Source of the DNA: Tubiluchus corallicola
Taxonomy: Eukaryota > Animalia > Priapulida
Assembly (NCBI GenBank): GCA_030141605.1
Contig: JAQGDQ010000146.1
Coordinates: 193,933-257,932 of the forward strand
Direction: 5' to 3'
Length of the DNA: 64,000 nt
The notes beneath the pieces are model-generated. The model was not told the DNA's origin, searched no databases, and saw only the letters and a list, made by a program, of their open reading frames with translations. Both the position numbers and the translations under genes were made by a program. Below are positions 38,701 through 51,100 of this stretch, piece after piece (within the stretch, counting starts at the first letter, position 1; each line of letters opens with the position of its first letter).

Positions 38701-41700
38701 GAGATCTAAACAGCTGCTACAATTGTAGTTCAGGATCTATAAATGACGTATTTTGCTATCAAAATCAAAATCTTCAACAAGTGGCATGATCATATGCTGG
38801 AAAGAAATAAGGAAAATCTTTGAAATCAACACCATTAGCTGCGATGTGATTGCAGCTACCGTCCACGAGCAGCCCAAGAAGAAGAGGAGTATTCTATAAA
38901 AGTGATTTGTAGCTATAGCCCTCCATCCTGCTGTTTAGGTCCGGATGCTGATGTCAGATGTAAAATGCCTCTTTGATGACTATTATAGAATATACATAGA
39001 CTACTATTATATATTCCTCTTCTTCCTGGGCTGGTCGTGGACAGTGGCTGCAATCACATCACAGCTAATGGTGTTAATTTCAAAGATTTACCTAATTACT
39101 TCAGTACATGATCATACCAACTGTTGAACTCTGAGCTCTGGACACTAAAAGCAAATCATAAAGCTGAAATCGATGCATTTCAAAGGCGAAGTTAGAGAAC
39201 CATTTTAGGTATTAGATGGCCAAAGAATATTTCAAACAAAGATCTATATGAAAAAATAAAAGAAGAACATTGGACAAGAAAAATAAAAAGACGCCATTTA
39301 AGATGGATTAGGCATATGCTTAGACTACCTGATGATATTCCAGTGAAGATAGCTCTTCAACAAGCCATAGAACCAGCTAAAAAACCTGCAATAGGACAAA
39401 TGTTAACATATTTAGATTTTGCACAGAAAGATTTAAATACTTCAGCATTGATCCTTAGAAATAAATGTACTTTGGGCATTGCGGCGAGCAGGGAGTCCTG
39501 GCATAGAGAGGTGAGCAGAATCATGTCCCTGGACATGTGATTCATTGGATGATGAACTGTTGAAGATGTTGACTTACAGTTGTTTACAATTGACAGTATG
39601 GGGAGCGCTCCACGAATCATTTTGTTTGTTTAATAAATGTATTAAATTTTATCAGTGATGCCAGCTTTTATAGCAGATTTATATCTTGCAGAGGGATCAA
39701 ATACAACCATTAAGCTGAACACGTACAAGAGCATCTTGAAGGATCTGCCTGTTGTAAATTATCAGACATTAAAAGCATTGATGGGACATTTAAAATCGTA
39801 CGTTTCATTATTATATTAGCTTTACACTTGTACTTGCTCGACGCGTGAACTTACACGCATATTATTTGCTTGCATGATTTAGTATGGCTAGTTTCAAGTG
39901 TGCTTGACCATCCAGTCATACCAGCACAGTCACATTGACTGTACATCACATTTCATGCAACTCAATACTTGCTGATAAACACCTTGGACTTGCACTAAAG
40001 TGAAGGATGTTTACCTTTATTTAGCTATCTTGCATTAACTCGATTCAATTCAAAAGGTTTATTTATCTCTAGTATAATATTTATAGCGCGAATACAACAA
40101 ATTATGTAAAGTGTGTAGAGATGGGGTGGCGAAAGACCAGGAGGTCATCGAGTCAGCCACCCCTATATAACTTAGAAATAGTATAAAGCACGGCAGGCTA
40201 CATGGTTAAGTGAATAATATGTAGTTAGATCTTAAATGTAGCAGATAAACAAAATGCAATGCAGTTATATTATAATTATACCAATGGAAAAAAACAAGCA
40301 AATAATGCAGTTAAAAATTAAAACAACAACTGAACAAGATGCAGTTAAGTCATGAATGCAACAACAAAAACGCAAGCAATGTAGTTAAATCATAAATGCA
40401 GCGAATGAACTCCTTCAGAATTGTAAGGGTTTGCTGCATTTTGCATGGGTTCCTGAAAAAATGCTCTAACTAAGCAATGATTACATTATATTTGATAATT
40501 TTTGTAGGTTTCTACTCACAGAAAGGACTTTCATGAAAATTGTAAATGAAATGCATTTGCTTACCTTAGACAAATTAAAAATCAATTTTTGACGAAAAAT
40601 TGAAAAAAAACTCAGTAACTGTGGTGTTTGCACGGTAACAATGTACAGTATCACTCGTGTGAAATTGGCTAATGTAGAAAATTTCAACTATCCAGACACA
40701 ACACTCTGATAAACTTTGGACTCAAGTCTACTCTACTTTCAAGCAGAAATTCCTGTTAAAACGACCCTAATTTGTCCTTTACTGATCAGTTGGTTTTTCT
40801 CGAATAGCGGCAGAACACTGCACAGATTGGGATGCAGCAAACAGTCGATCAGTAAATTAGTGTGTACAATCACGCAAGTGTACACCAGACTAAACTACTC
40901 AATAGGCTAAGTTGGAGTTCCTGAAAAGGGCTTGTTTGTCTCAAATTTACCCAATTAAATCTCTTACAAATGTTTAAACAAATAGCATGATTGGACAGCC
41001 GAGATTCTCCTGAATACAACAGTACCTAATTTATAATCATTTAGTTATGTCTGTGCTCATACAGTAGTTGAAACGTCATAGGTCTTTTATGATTTTATTT
41101 TGAATGATGCGGACTTGAACGAGTTAAAAGGCTCTTAAAAATGTAACCAATGTTGTTATAACTATTTATGTCTCCATTAACACTAGCCATGTATTGACCG
41201 ATCATACACATCAGGGATAGTATTAAAATATTCGTCTGTCCATCCGTCCTTACCGCCCTCCATCAATCCCTTTCTCCCTCCCTCCCTCCAGCTATCCATC
41301 CATCCTTCCATCTCTCTAACTAGTCTGAAAAAAGTGGCTTGTCAAAGTCGTCTCTCACTGGAATAGTTTCAGATTTTCATCTAATTCTTCTAAAAGAACT
41401 TTTAAAAGTTTTTCTTCACCTGTGTTTATTGTCAATCATTTTGCTTTGTTTGTTTAAACACACCCATTGTTGTTCAATGAGTTATCTAGCATGTGTTGAG
41501 TGTCAAAACGTGAATTATGTAATAATTATAAGACGGCAACCACTCCCAGCTGGACGGAAAATTATCAGATGTTCCAGGTTTCGCCATTTTGGAAGCGAAA
41601 AGGATACAAAACACCAGTTTGACGTGTTGGCCAAAAGTTTCTGTATTCTGAAATACAATTATTAACGTTTAGTTTAATTTGCATTGAGTAGAAGAAAATT

Positions 41701-44700
41701 AGTTGCATGATTAAATGTATTGCTATAACTAAGAACTGATATAAAAATTATGTAAACTATATTGAAACTAATTAATAATAACTTACGTTGTTAGAGCCTT
41801 TAACAGTTACAAAGACAGGAATGAGAACTCCAAGTAGCCTTAAGAACAACAATGTCACAACATTCGTAAGAAATTCACAGTCATAATGCTCATCATAGTC
41901 AGAAAAATAGAGCAATGGCAGAGAGAACCAAAAGACGGATAAATGTCATACAACTACTACAGCTATAGCTCACGAAAGGCCAAAATGCTAATGTATTGAA
42001 GGATATTAGGTGCTTCAATTTTAAAAGAGTGACTACTGTAAAAAGTAAAAAGCCTACTAAATAAACAAACAGGTGGCAGCACAGTGGCAGTAATTGAAAA
42101 CTAAGTTAAAACCAAAAAAAGCCTATGCACCCACTACATTTAGTATAGCTACAGCTATAGTTACAGCAGTAGTTTATTCCACCCATCTCAAACAATATGC
42201 AGAACAAAGTCAACAACAAAAATACTGCAATATCATCCCCTGCAATAGGATGCAGAGGAGTCAGAAGCTGAAACTTGTAAGTCTGGTGTACCTCCACAAA
42301 AAAAAACTCCAGCTGGCCTTGACTCCAGAGCTAGCAAAGTCACGTGCACCCACTGAGCTTACCCGATTGGCTACTAAAACACACTAGTAATCAACACTAC
42401 CATATATGGGAAGTCCAGCAGGTACAGGTGACTGAGCAGCTTTGATCAAGATCACAACCTGTATTAAACTTGATACAGTTCAATAATAAATAATTTTAAA
42501 TGCAGGTGGCAGCACATGTTAACTTATTATTGTATTACTTAAAATTAAGAATCGCAAATGAAAATGTGCAACATGAGGTGATGATTGAATGAAGGATGAG
42601 TGAAATGGTGAAGGGTTGATGTTGAATGGCATAATAACAATAATACCTTGCTACAATTATCAATAAGCTTGTAAATTCAAGAAGAGTTACACTAATGTAC
42701 AATTTTGCCTGAATGTAACCTGTAAGTGATTGTTACAGAAGGAACCTGGATGCAAATAAGAACTTAGTCAAAGTATGTTTTATATGTGTGTTTTCATACT
42801 AAAACTGTCCATAAGTAGGCACAGTTAAAACTACTGACATGGAATGCATCAAAAATTTGGTCAACCGTAAATTTTTCATATTTTATAAAAACCATCTTAT
42901 AAAAAATCATTTTATAAAAGAAATCGCTAAATATATTGAACTTTTATATTATAGCATCAAATTATCAAGAAAGTGTTCAAAAACACCTAAAATTTAATTT
43001 TATAACTCTTTACCCACTTTTCTCTCTAGAAACTAGTACTGTAATTGTAAATAACTCCTATTTTCTAATTCTGTAGTAACTCATGGAAGCTGCCATTTTG
43101 CTTCGGGTTTTTTCTGTTGACAAGCCCAAGCCTTCGTCAGGAAGAGCCATCTACTGGATTTGAACATAGCCCCATTGTGTTCTTCCAAAGTCCGTAGCAA
43201 CCAACATTTGTGCGGTTGCTAATCATTTTATAGAAACGTGATAAAAAACAATGGCTGACTTTAACAATGATTTTCTCAAGATTATGTTTTTCAGTGTGCA
43301 GCCTGCACCTCAACTTCAACATGGATTATCTCAGCTTAGAAATAACATAGCGCGATGAACTACCAATCAAAATGAAGTAGAGATTCAAGATATGTGAATA
43401 ACTGGAAAGCTTAATTGTCGACTTATGGACGATTTTGTTATGCAAGCACACATATAAATCATTCTTTACTTTAATGACAATGAAATTTCGAAGTTTTGAA
43501 ATTTGCAAGTCAAAATTGCGTGTAAAATTTGTTCTTACTTCCCATAAATTATAATTTTATTCATTCTGAGTTTTTCTCTTTCAGTGTTGCTTCTTATTCT
43601 GATAAAAATCAAATGAGTGCTGTCAACTTGTGTATGGTGTTTAGTCAGTCAATGTTCTACAATTTTGATGAGGTAAATGCTTTTTCATGTTACCCTGTCT
43701 TGAAAAGAAATTTATTAACTTGGTCTGCAAATTAGCCTAGAGGTTAATAATATTAATATTAAAAGCGAGTTTAAAGGAAGACCGGACGATTGTTTTGACT
43801 CAGTCTCATTTTAATTTACTGTCTTATTAATTTCTTGCCTATAAAAGTTAACAATTGTTCCTTATATTTGAATAATTAGCTTAGAAAGTTAATTAACGAC
43901 AACTGAACACAGCTATTGCTTAAGTCAGAAACTAACCACAGTTTGCGCAATGGCAGGCGTCTTCCCTTGCGCATCAAGCACGTTTGCAAAAGTGTTACTC
44001 TTTAAACGTGTGATGTCATGAAAATGGGCTGTATGTCATATGACGTCAGAAACTAACACTGCAGTTCATGATCATGCTTATCATGGTATCGCCTTCTATT
44101 TGTCGGTCACGCGAATGTGACAGAACAGTGCCGCTACCAATCTTAGTAGATTCACTGAGCCACGCGTAGCTTTGAAAGTTTAACGAAATTTGAGTATCCG
44201 AGGTAATTATTATTTAATCTAAGCTTTGATTTCAATATTTTAGAGCATTCTTTATTCTGAACTAATGTTTACACAATCATTCGGTTTTCCTTTAGCAGTA
44301 ATTTTGGGTGAGCTGCCACGTTGTTTGCTTCAGTATACATTGTATATTCAATCACTTCTCAATTGTATGCATTCTAACGGCAATAAAGAATTGATCTATC
44401 TTTCTATCCATGCATCTATCTATTGGTACTATTTTAATAGTATTATTTTAAGTGAAGGAATGATCAATTAGTCACGGTGTGTGCATGGTGGTGAAATTAA
44501 GCGAGTTTGATATTGAGCCGTGAATGCCAGTTTGCATTGAGCTGAAATTAAATGTCTCGCAGTTTTGCATTTGAGCAGTGTGCAGAAATATAAAGAGTAC
44601 TACAACATTCGACTAGCTTACTAGAACTTGGTGAATGTGATCTAATGCTCTAATCTGCATAAGTAGCTTTACTTTCAGGGTGAAGATCGTTCATTCAGCC

Positions 44701-45143
44701 CAGTCGGACAAGAGATCAGGGTGCTGGAAGACTTAATAACACATTACAACTATCTGTTTGATGTTAGTATTCTTATTATCTACTGTAATTATTGATGCCA
44801 TCGACTTTCTTGCTAGAACTAAAAATATTGTTTTTTCGTGTGGTTTTTGCAGTGGCTTCATAATCGTTTACTGGCTGTCAAATTAAATCAAATGTATTGT
44901 TCTCTGTGTATCATTCCAGGGACGAATACAATGTGTAAAAATATGTAAACTTAAATAGTGTAGTAAAATTGTTAATTAATGTAGTAATTAATTCAAGAGA
45001 TAGGGTAGCAATTGACTAAAAAGTCATCCAGTCATGTACCCTTCATTTGGCAATAAAACAGATAATTTAGGTTAATAAGATTATTATTGTTGTTGTTGTT
45101 GTTGTGGTTGTCGTTGTCGTCGTCGTCGTCGCTGCTGCTGTTG

Positions 45144-45181
<38 letters not shown>

Positions 45182-48100
45182 ATTATTATTATTATTATTA
45201 TTAATTAAGAAGTAAAGTTGTCTGTTAAATAATTATCGTGTATATAAAACGAAGAGTTACATAATTTATATATTATATATAAAATTATATGTGATCAAGG
45301 TATTTAACATCAAAATGAATTACATTTCATTAAAGCATATTTTAAGAAAGATTGAAATAAAAACAACACGAACTTTGTTTTGTAAACGCCGGCTAATGAA
45401 AGGGCTCGGCGAAATAATTGTAGCTGTAGTTTTCACAATCTGGAAGAGCAACTACCTCATTGTTTAAGCCTTAAAGTAGAAGAAACCCTCCACTTACATA
45501 AAGCTTAAAAAATTTGTCTCAAAATTTTATCCCACCGACATACTACCTTTTCGTATGCATGGCTTGCATCAGTCGCTACGCTGTATGAAATGTGTAAATT
45601 TAAACTCCCGCGATGACAGTTAGGCGCAGCCATTTCAATGGTAGGTCGTTTCAAAAAAGTTTTCATAACGTTGAGTAAAGTTTGAAAAAATAATCAGAAC
45701 ATTCGTAGCGTACATGTTGCTAATTAAGTGAAATTTTAAATTACTGTATCTTGTCAATAAGATTAAAAATATGTTTTTGGCCAGTGAGTGGTGCACCCTG
45801 GAGGGTGAGTCAACCACATTTTACCAATTGGCACAAACATTTTAAATTTTTATTTCTAGTTACATAAGTCTTTCCAGCAGGTAAGTGAAATGCTAAGTAA
45901 CATAGATTTGCACAAAAAGTTTTTTGGGTCATAATTTAACATTTCCTTTTCTTCCCTTGATTTACGTTGTGCGTATATGACGTCATGTAATGGCACGGTC
46001 GCAACAATATTGTGGGAGATTTGAAATGAAAACAAACAAAAATTCCTTTTAATGCGAGTACGATATATGCATACAATTGATATAAAGTAATATAATTTTT
46101 CAAGGTGATTTTTCTGAAACCTACTTTTCTTGTCCTTAAATGCTCTTTTGGACACTGTGATTATGAAGCATTTAAACTAGTATAGCAAAAACGTTCATAA
46201 GTGGCAATTAAGTTTTTCTAGCCATTCACTTATCTTGAATCTCCATTTCATGAGGACCATTTTGATAGCAAGCTCATCGATCTATGTTATTTCTAAGCTG
46301 AGACAATCCATGTTGAAGTTGAGGTGCAGGCTACGCACTGAAAAACATAATCTTGAGAAAATCACTGTTAAAGATAGCCATTGTTTTTTGTCACATTTCT
46401 ACTCTACAAAACACCTAGCAACTGCACAAATGTTGGGTGCTATGGACAGATTAAGGTTATGTTTAAACCCAGTAGATGGTTCTTCCTAATGAAGATCTGG
46501 GATTGGCAACAGAAAAAGCCCGAAGCAAAATGAGAGATTCCTCAAGCTGCTGTTGGAGTTTGAAAATACAAGCTTTTACAACTGCAGTACTAGTTTCTTG
46601 ACAAGTGGGTACGGAGTTATAAAATTAGATTTTTAGTATTTTTTAACTTATTCTTATAAGCGCACATTTAATGTTTCAGGTTCCGGAGAGTGATCAAGCA
46701 AAAAAGGAAAAGTTGATGAACGAGAAAAGGAAACAACTCATGCATCTGAGCCAGGTATGTTTTCATAAACGTCACCATTTGTGTTGATCTGCCAATCCTT
46801 TTATTTTATTTTATTTTATTTTAGTTTGTTTTGTTTTGTTTTGTTTTATTTTATTTTATTTTATTTTATTTTATTTTATTTTATTTTATTTTATTTTATT
46901 TTATTTTATTTTATTTTATTTTATTTTATTTTATTTTATTTTATTTTATTTTATTTTATTTTATTTTATTTTATTTTATTTTATTTTATTTTATTTTATT
47001 TTATTTTATTTTATTTTATTTTATTTTATTTTATTTTATTTTATTTTATTTTATTTTATTTTATTTTATTTTATTTTATTTTATTTTATTTTATTTTATT
47101 TTATTTTATTTTACTTGATTTTATTTTATTTTGTGCAAAGTATATTAGCATGTAATGTTGAAATGGAAAAAAATCTCCAACACTGCATTGCACTAATCTC
47201 TGGTAAATCCCAAACTAAATCTGATTAAATTAACTCCTTCGTTTAACTATGTAATTAACATTTAATCATTATTCGTTAATTGTTAATGATAATAGGCCTT
47301 TTCACGGTTTCGTTGTGCACACGTGCAGTTGCTGCAGGTCAAAGGTTAAGTGAACCCGGCAACACGTCTTAACTGCGAGCATCACGTAAGAAGTAGGTAA
47401 AGCCAACCCGTCTGCCACATCAGTTCAGTAACTTCAGTTGTTTTACGTGGACTTTACTTAATTATGCATTAGTCTATGTGTAGAGTGATTTACTAGCAGA
47501 ATCTTACTTGGGAACAAGTAAAAATGAACTAGGTAAGGTTCTAGCTAGCTGTTAAAACTGTTACTATTACAACAGTGTGGGCTGTGAGGCATTGTCAGTT
47601 GTACACAAATGTATTGTCTGGTACACTTAACGTTTGACATTTTTATGATCATCATCAATCGCTGGAACCGTGAAAAGGCTCATTAGCTGTTACTTGCCAA
47701 CTCTGCATTGCACTAATCTGGTAATTACAAAGCTAGATCTGATTAAATTAATTCCTTCATTTAAATATGTAAATTTCTGTGTAACCATTATTTGTTAATT
47801 ATTAATGATTTTTAATTGTTAACCAACGCTAATTGCAAACCATTACCTGTAATTAACTGCTAATTGTTCATTGTTTTAATTGTTAATAATTGTAAACAAT
47901 TTTGCAGCGTAAGCCTGACGTAAACTCTAATGGCAACCTTAAGATTCCATTCTGTATTAATGGTGAGAGCCACCTTATTGAGGTAAAAATAATAACCAAT
48001 ATTCTTTTATAGTTAAAACATCACAACTTTATTAAAACTTTTAATTTGTGTAGTTAAAAAAACCTGTCAAACATTTCGACAAACCCACTGCTGCTGCCAT

Positions 48101-51100
48101 CATCAGTGGTAAATTTTCAAACAGACAACCAGTTTATATAGGCAGAGCCTATTATATGCACTAATTAATTAGCTAACGGAAGCCAAATAATGAATAAGCA
48201 GACCAGTAAAGAAATTCATACAGTAACTTAAGCACTAATTATGTATTTAAAAAAGCAAAATTACTTTAGTCGGTTTTTAGTTTTAAGGTACCGTGTTCTA
48301 TTTTATATTTTAACTACTTCTAACATGCTATGGACCATTATGGAAATATTGTGTATACGATTTAACGTGTGCCTCGTAAAAAATAAAATTCCACTCTAAT
48401 GCTGTCGTAACTCTCTAAAATTGCACCCCTTAGTCAATAACGGAAAAAATTCACTGTGCCGTTTCTATTTCTAGTTATAACTTCTTCACACATGTTCTTG
48501 CCTATACTGGTAATTTACTGTGTCAGTTTATGTGAGAATTACAATATGTGAATATGTGTATAGCAAAATCATTTTACATTATTTTCTTGTAGGTCTCTTC
48601 TTCAACTACTGCACAGGGAGTCGTGGAAAAGGCAGTCGCAAAAAATTATCTAGTCGGTGACGCTGCTGTCTGGGCAGTTTATGAAGTCATATGCAATGGC
48701 GAATTAGGTGAATTATTTCTATATAATTGTAAAATAATGTAATACTCAATTGTAAAACTATATGTTAAGTATGCTTTTTACTTGTCGTGCATAACTGAAC
48801 TATGAGGCATTAGCAGTTTTACCAGAATCGAGCTGTGTAGCCTTAATGCTACCTAGATTTTGTTACACAGGTAACAAAAATCAGACTCGAGTACCCTATT
48901 TCTTATACCCGTCTGGTCCCCAAGTGTCCGATTGTTAAGATTAAGTGACAGTGAAGAAATTGTAATCATTTATATTCACAAATAAAAACAACCACTGATG
49001 CATTTTAAGTAACTGCACTGTTATATTAACAACAAGCATTCGTTTATTATTCACTGAAAGGCTGAACACACGAGCTGTGAGTCGTGAAAGTTAGTGTTTT
49101 TCCACACAAGGCATTTGACTGAGTTTTATCACGTAGTTTTAAATGCCAGACCTTAATTACTTCATTGCATCCTTAAGTCAACATAGGCAGTACCACACTG
49201 AGCACCATTAATACAGTGTAGGGATTATGGGAATAAAATAAGCTATATTATCCTTTTTATGTGCTGTTAAATTTAACAGTCTATTTATTCGTATCTTTGT
49301 TAGTGGTTTGAAATAGGCCTTTAAAGGTTAATAAACAATTTCATTTGGAAAATTAATCGCTTGGCAAAAAAATCAGTTTGTTTTTCGTAAAGCACCCCTA
49401 TGGCAAAAATGGTTGATCTGCCCTCTCCCTACTGGCTGTTATCCTGGCACACTGCCAAGCAGCAGCTAATGTTGTCAGCTAGTAGAGTACGGTACCTACT
49501 GTAGAAAGTGGCATTTAAATTTCAATTCAGTAACAACAGATATCATATTACAAATAATGTCTGTATTTTCATCGTGGGAACCGGGTAGAAATATTCGGCT
49601 CGGGTAATAAACAATGCAGGTAATTACTCGGGTTCCCGGTACCCGATGGAAACTCTATTAGATTCACAGATATTTTTGTTGTTTGTTCAATATTTGAATG
49701 TGACATTTGTTTGTAAGAGTTTTTCTGCAAAATAATGTGACATATGCATTGAGCTAGTAAGGAGAGAGTGAAATAATATATCTACAACACATAGACTGCA
49801 AGTGCCATTACACACTTGCATTGTTTTTTTAACTCGCCCCTAGATGGCAGACAAAACATTGCTCAGTCACCATAGCAATGCCGACTTTAGCAATGCCCAT
49901 TCTGGCAGTGTGATGCTAGAAGCTACAGCAGGACAATGGACATAGCAGCTGCGCGTCACAAACACCATGGCAACCGTTTCTTCTAACTAAACTGTGGTTT
50001 GCTGCTGTGTGAAATTTTACATAATTTTTTTACAAACATCATTAGAGCACAAAAGCTTTATGTCCTGCATTTGCATAAATAACATATTCCGGTTGGATAT
50101 TTCATTAGCTATTCGAAGATGCTGGCTGTTTTTGTCTAAGTAGGCAAATAATTTAACTACTTGAGACAACTCCGTCGGTACCCATGATAAACGCTTCATT
50201 TACTGAACAAAACAGCATAAAATGCTTAATAAATTTACCGAAAATACACAAAACCGGAAATTTCTCAATGGCCAACAGGTTAATCAGGCACAACAATGAA
50301 ACTTGTAATCGCACTGTTTGCTGTCGTTTTGATAAATGTCCTTTGCATTTTCAGAACGTCCTCTACATTACAGCGAGCTGGTTCGTGACGTCGCTTTGAA
50401 ACTTCAGAAATTTCCATGTCGTGATAAAAATTCTTTACATATCAAGGAGAATACATTGTACCTATCTTCACTAAAAATAGTAAGTTGAATAGTGGTGGCT
50501 CGTGTATAGGTACTGTGCAACTGCAACACCCCCTGTTTTTACTCAATGTTATCGATAATGTTCAGTATAATAAGTCTTTTCTTTAGTTCTTTCTTTATAC
50601 TTGTACGGAACCAGAGCATGTGAGGGTAGTACTGTTTGCTTCACAACCCAGCACAGTGCACTCCAGCAACGCGGTGTTTGGCTGTTGTGCGCATGCGGTC
50701 ATGCGCACGTGTCTGAGCCCAGCTAGAGAAAGTACTGTCGCTCACACAGTTTGGTGTCAGTTGTCACGTCTTAATATTTGCCATTTCGCAAAACGTGTTA
50801 AAGTGCTAAAGTTACGAGGATTCTTCGGAAGATTTCTTCCTTGCTTTAAAGAAGAACAAGATGATTTTTCATATGTTATCCTATTTTCAAGTCCGGTAAA
50901 AAGTATACATTTTAACACAATTAATACTGCAAAAGCGTTTCTGATAATTAAATAATAGATTAAGAACTTAATTAACGGCAGGCGAGCTCAACTATTGACG
51001 ACATCACAAGCTAATATAATTTTCAACAGCAAAAATATTCCATGAACGGGTTACACGTGTTTGCGAAAGCAAAAATTGAATTACAGTGGTACTGTAAAAT

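Noticed and set aside
46781-47228. FYFIL-repeat membrane-like ORFs
   Set aside because: Translation of (ATTTT)n
49837-49850. CTCF-like motif cccctagatggcag
   Set aside because: Single short imperfect match; cannot be distinguished from chance
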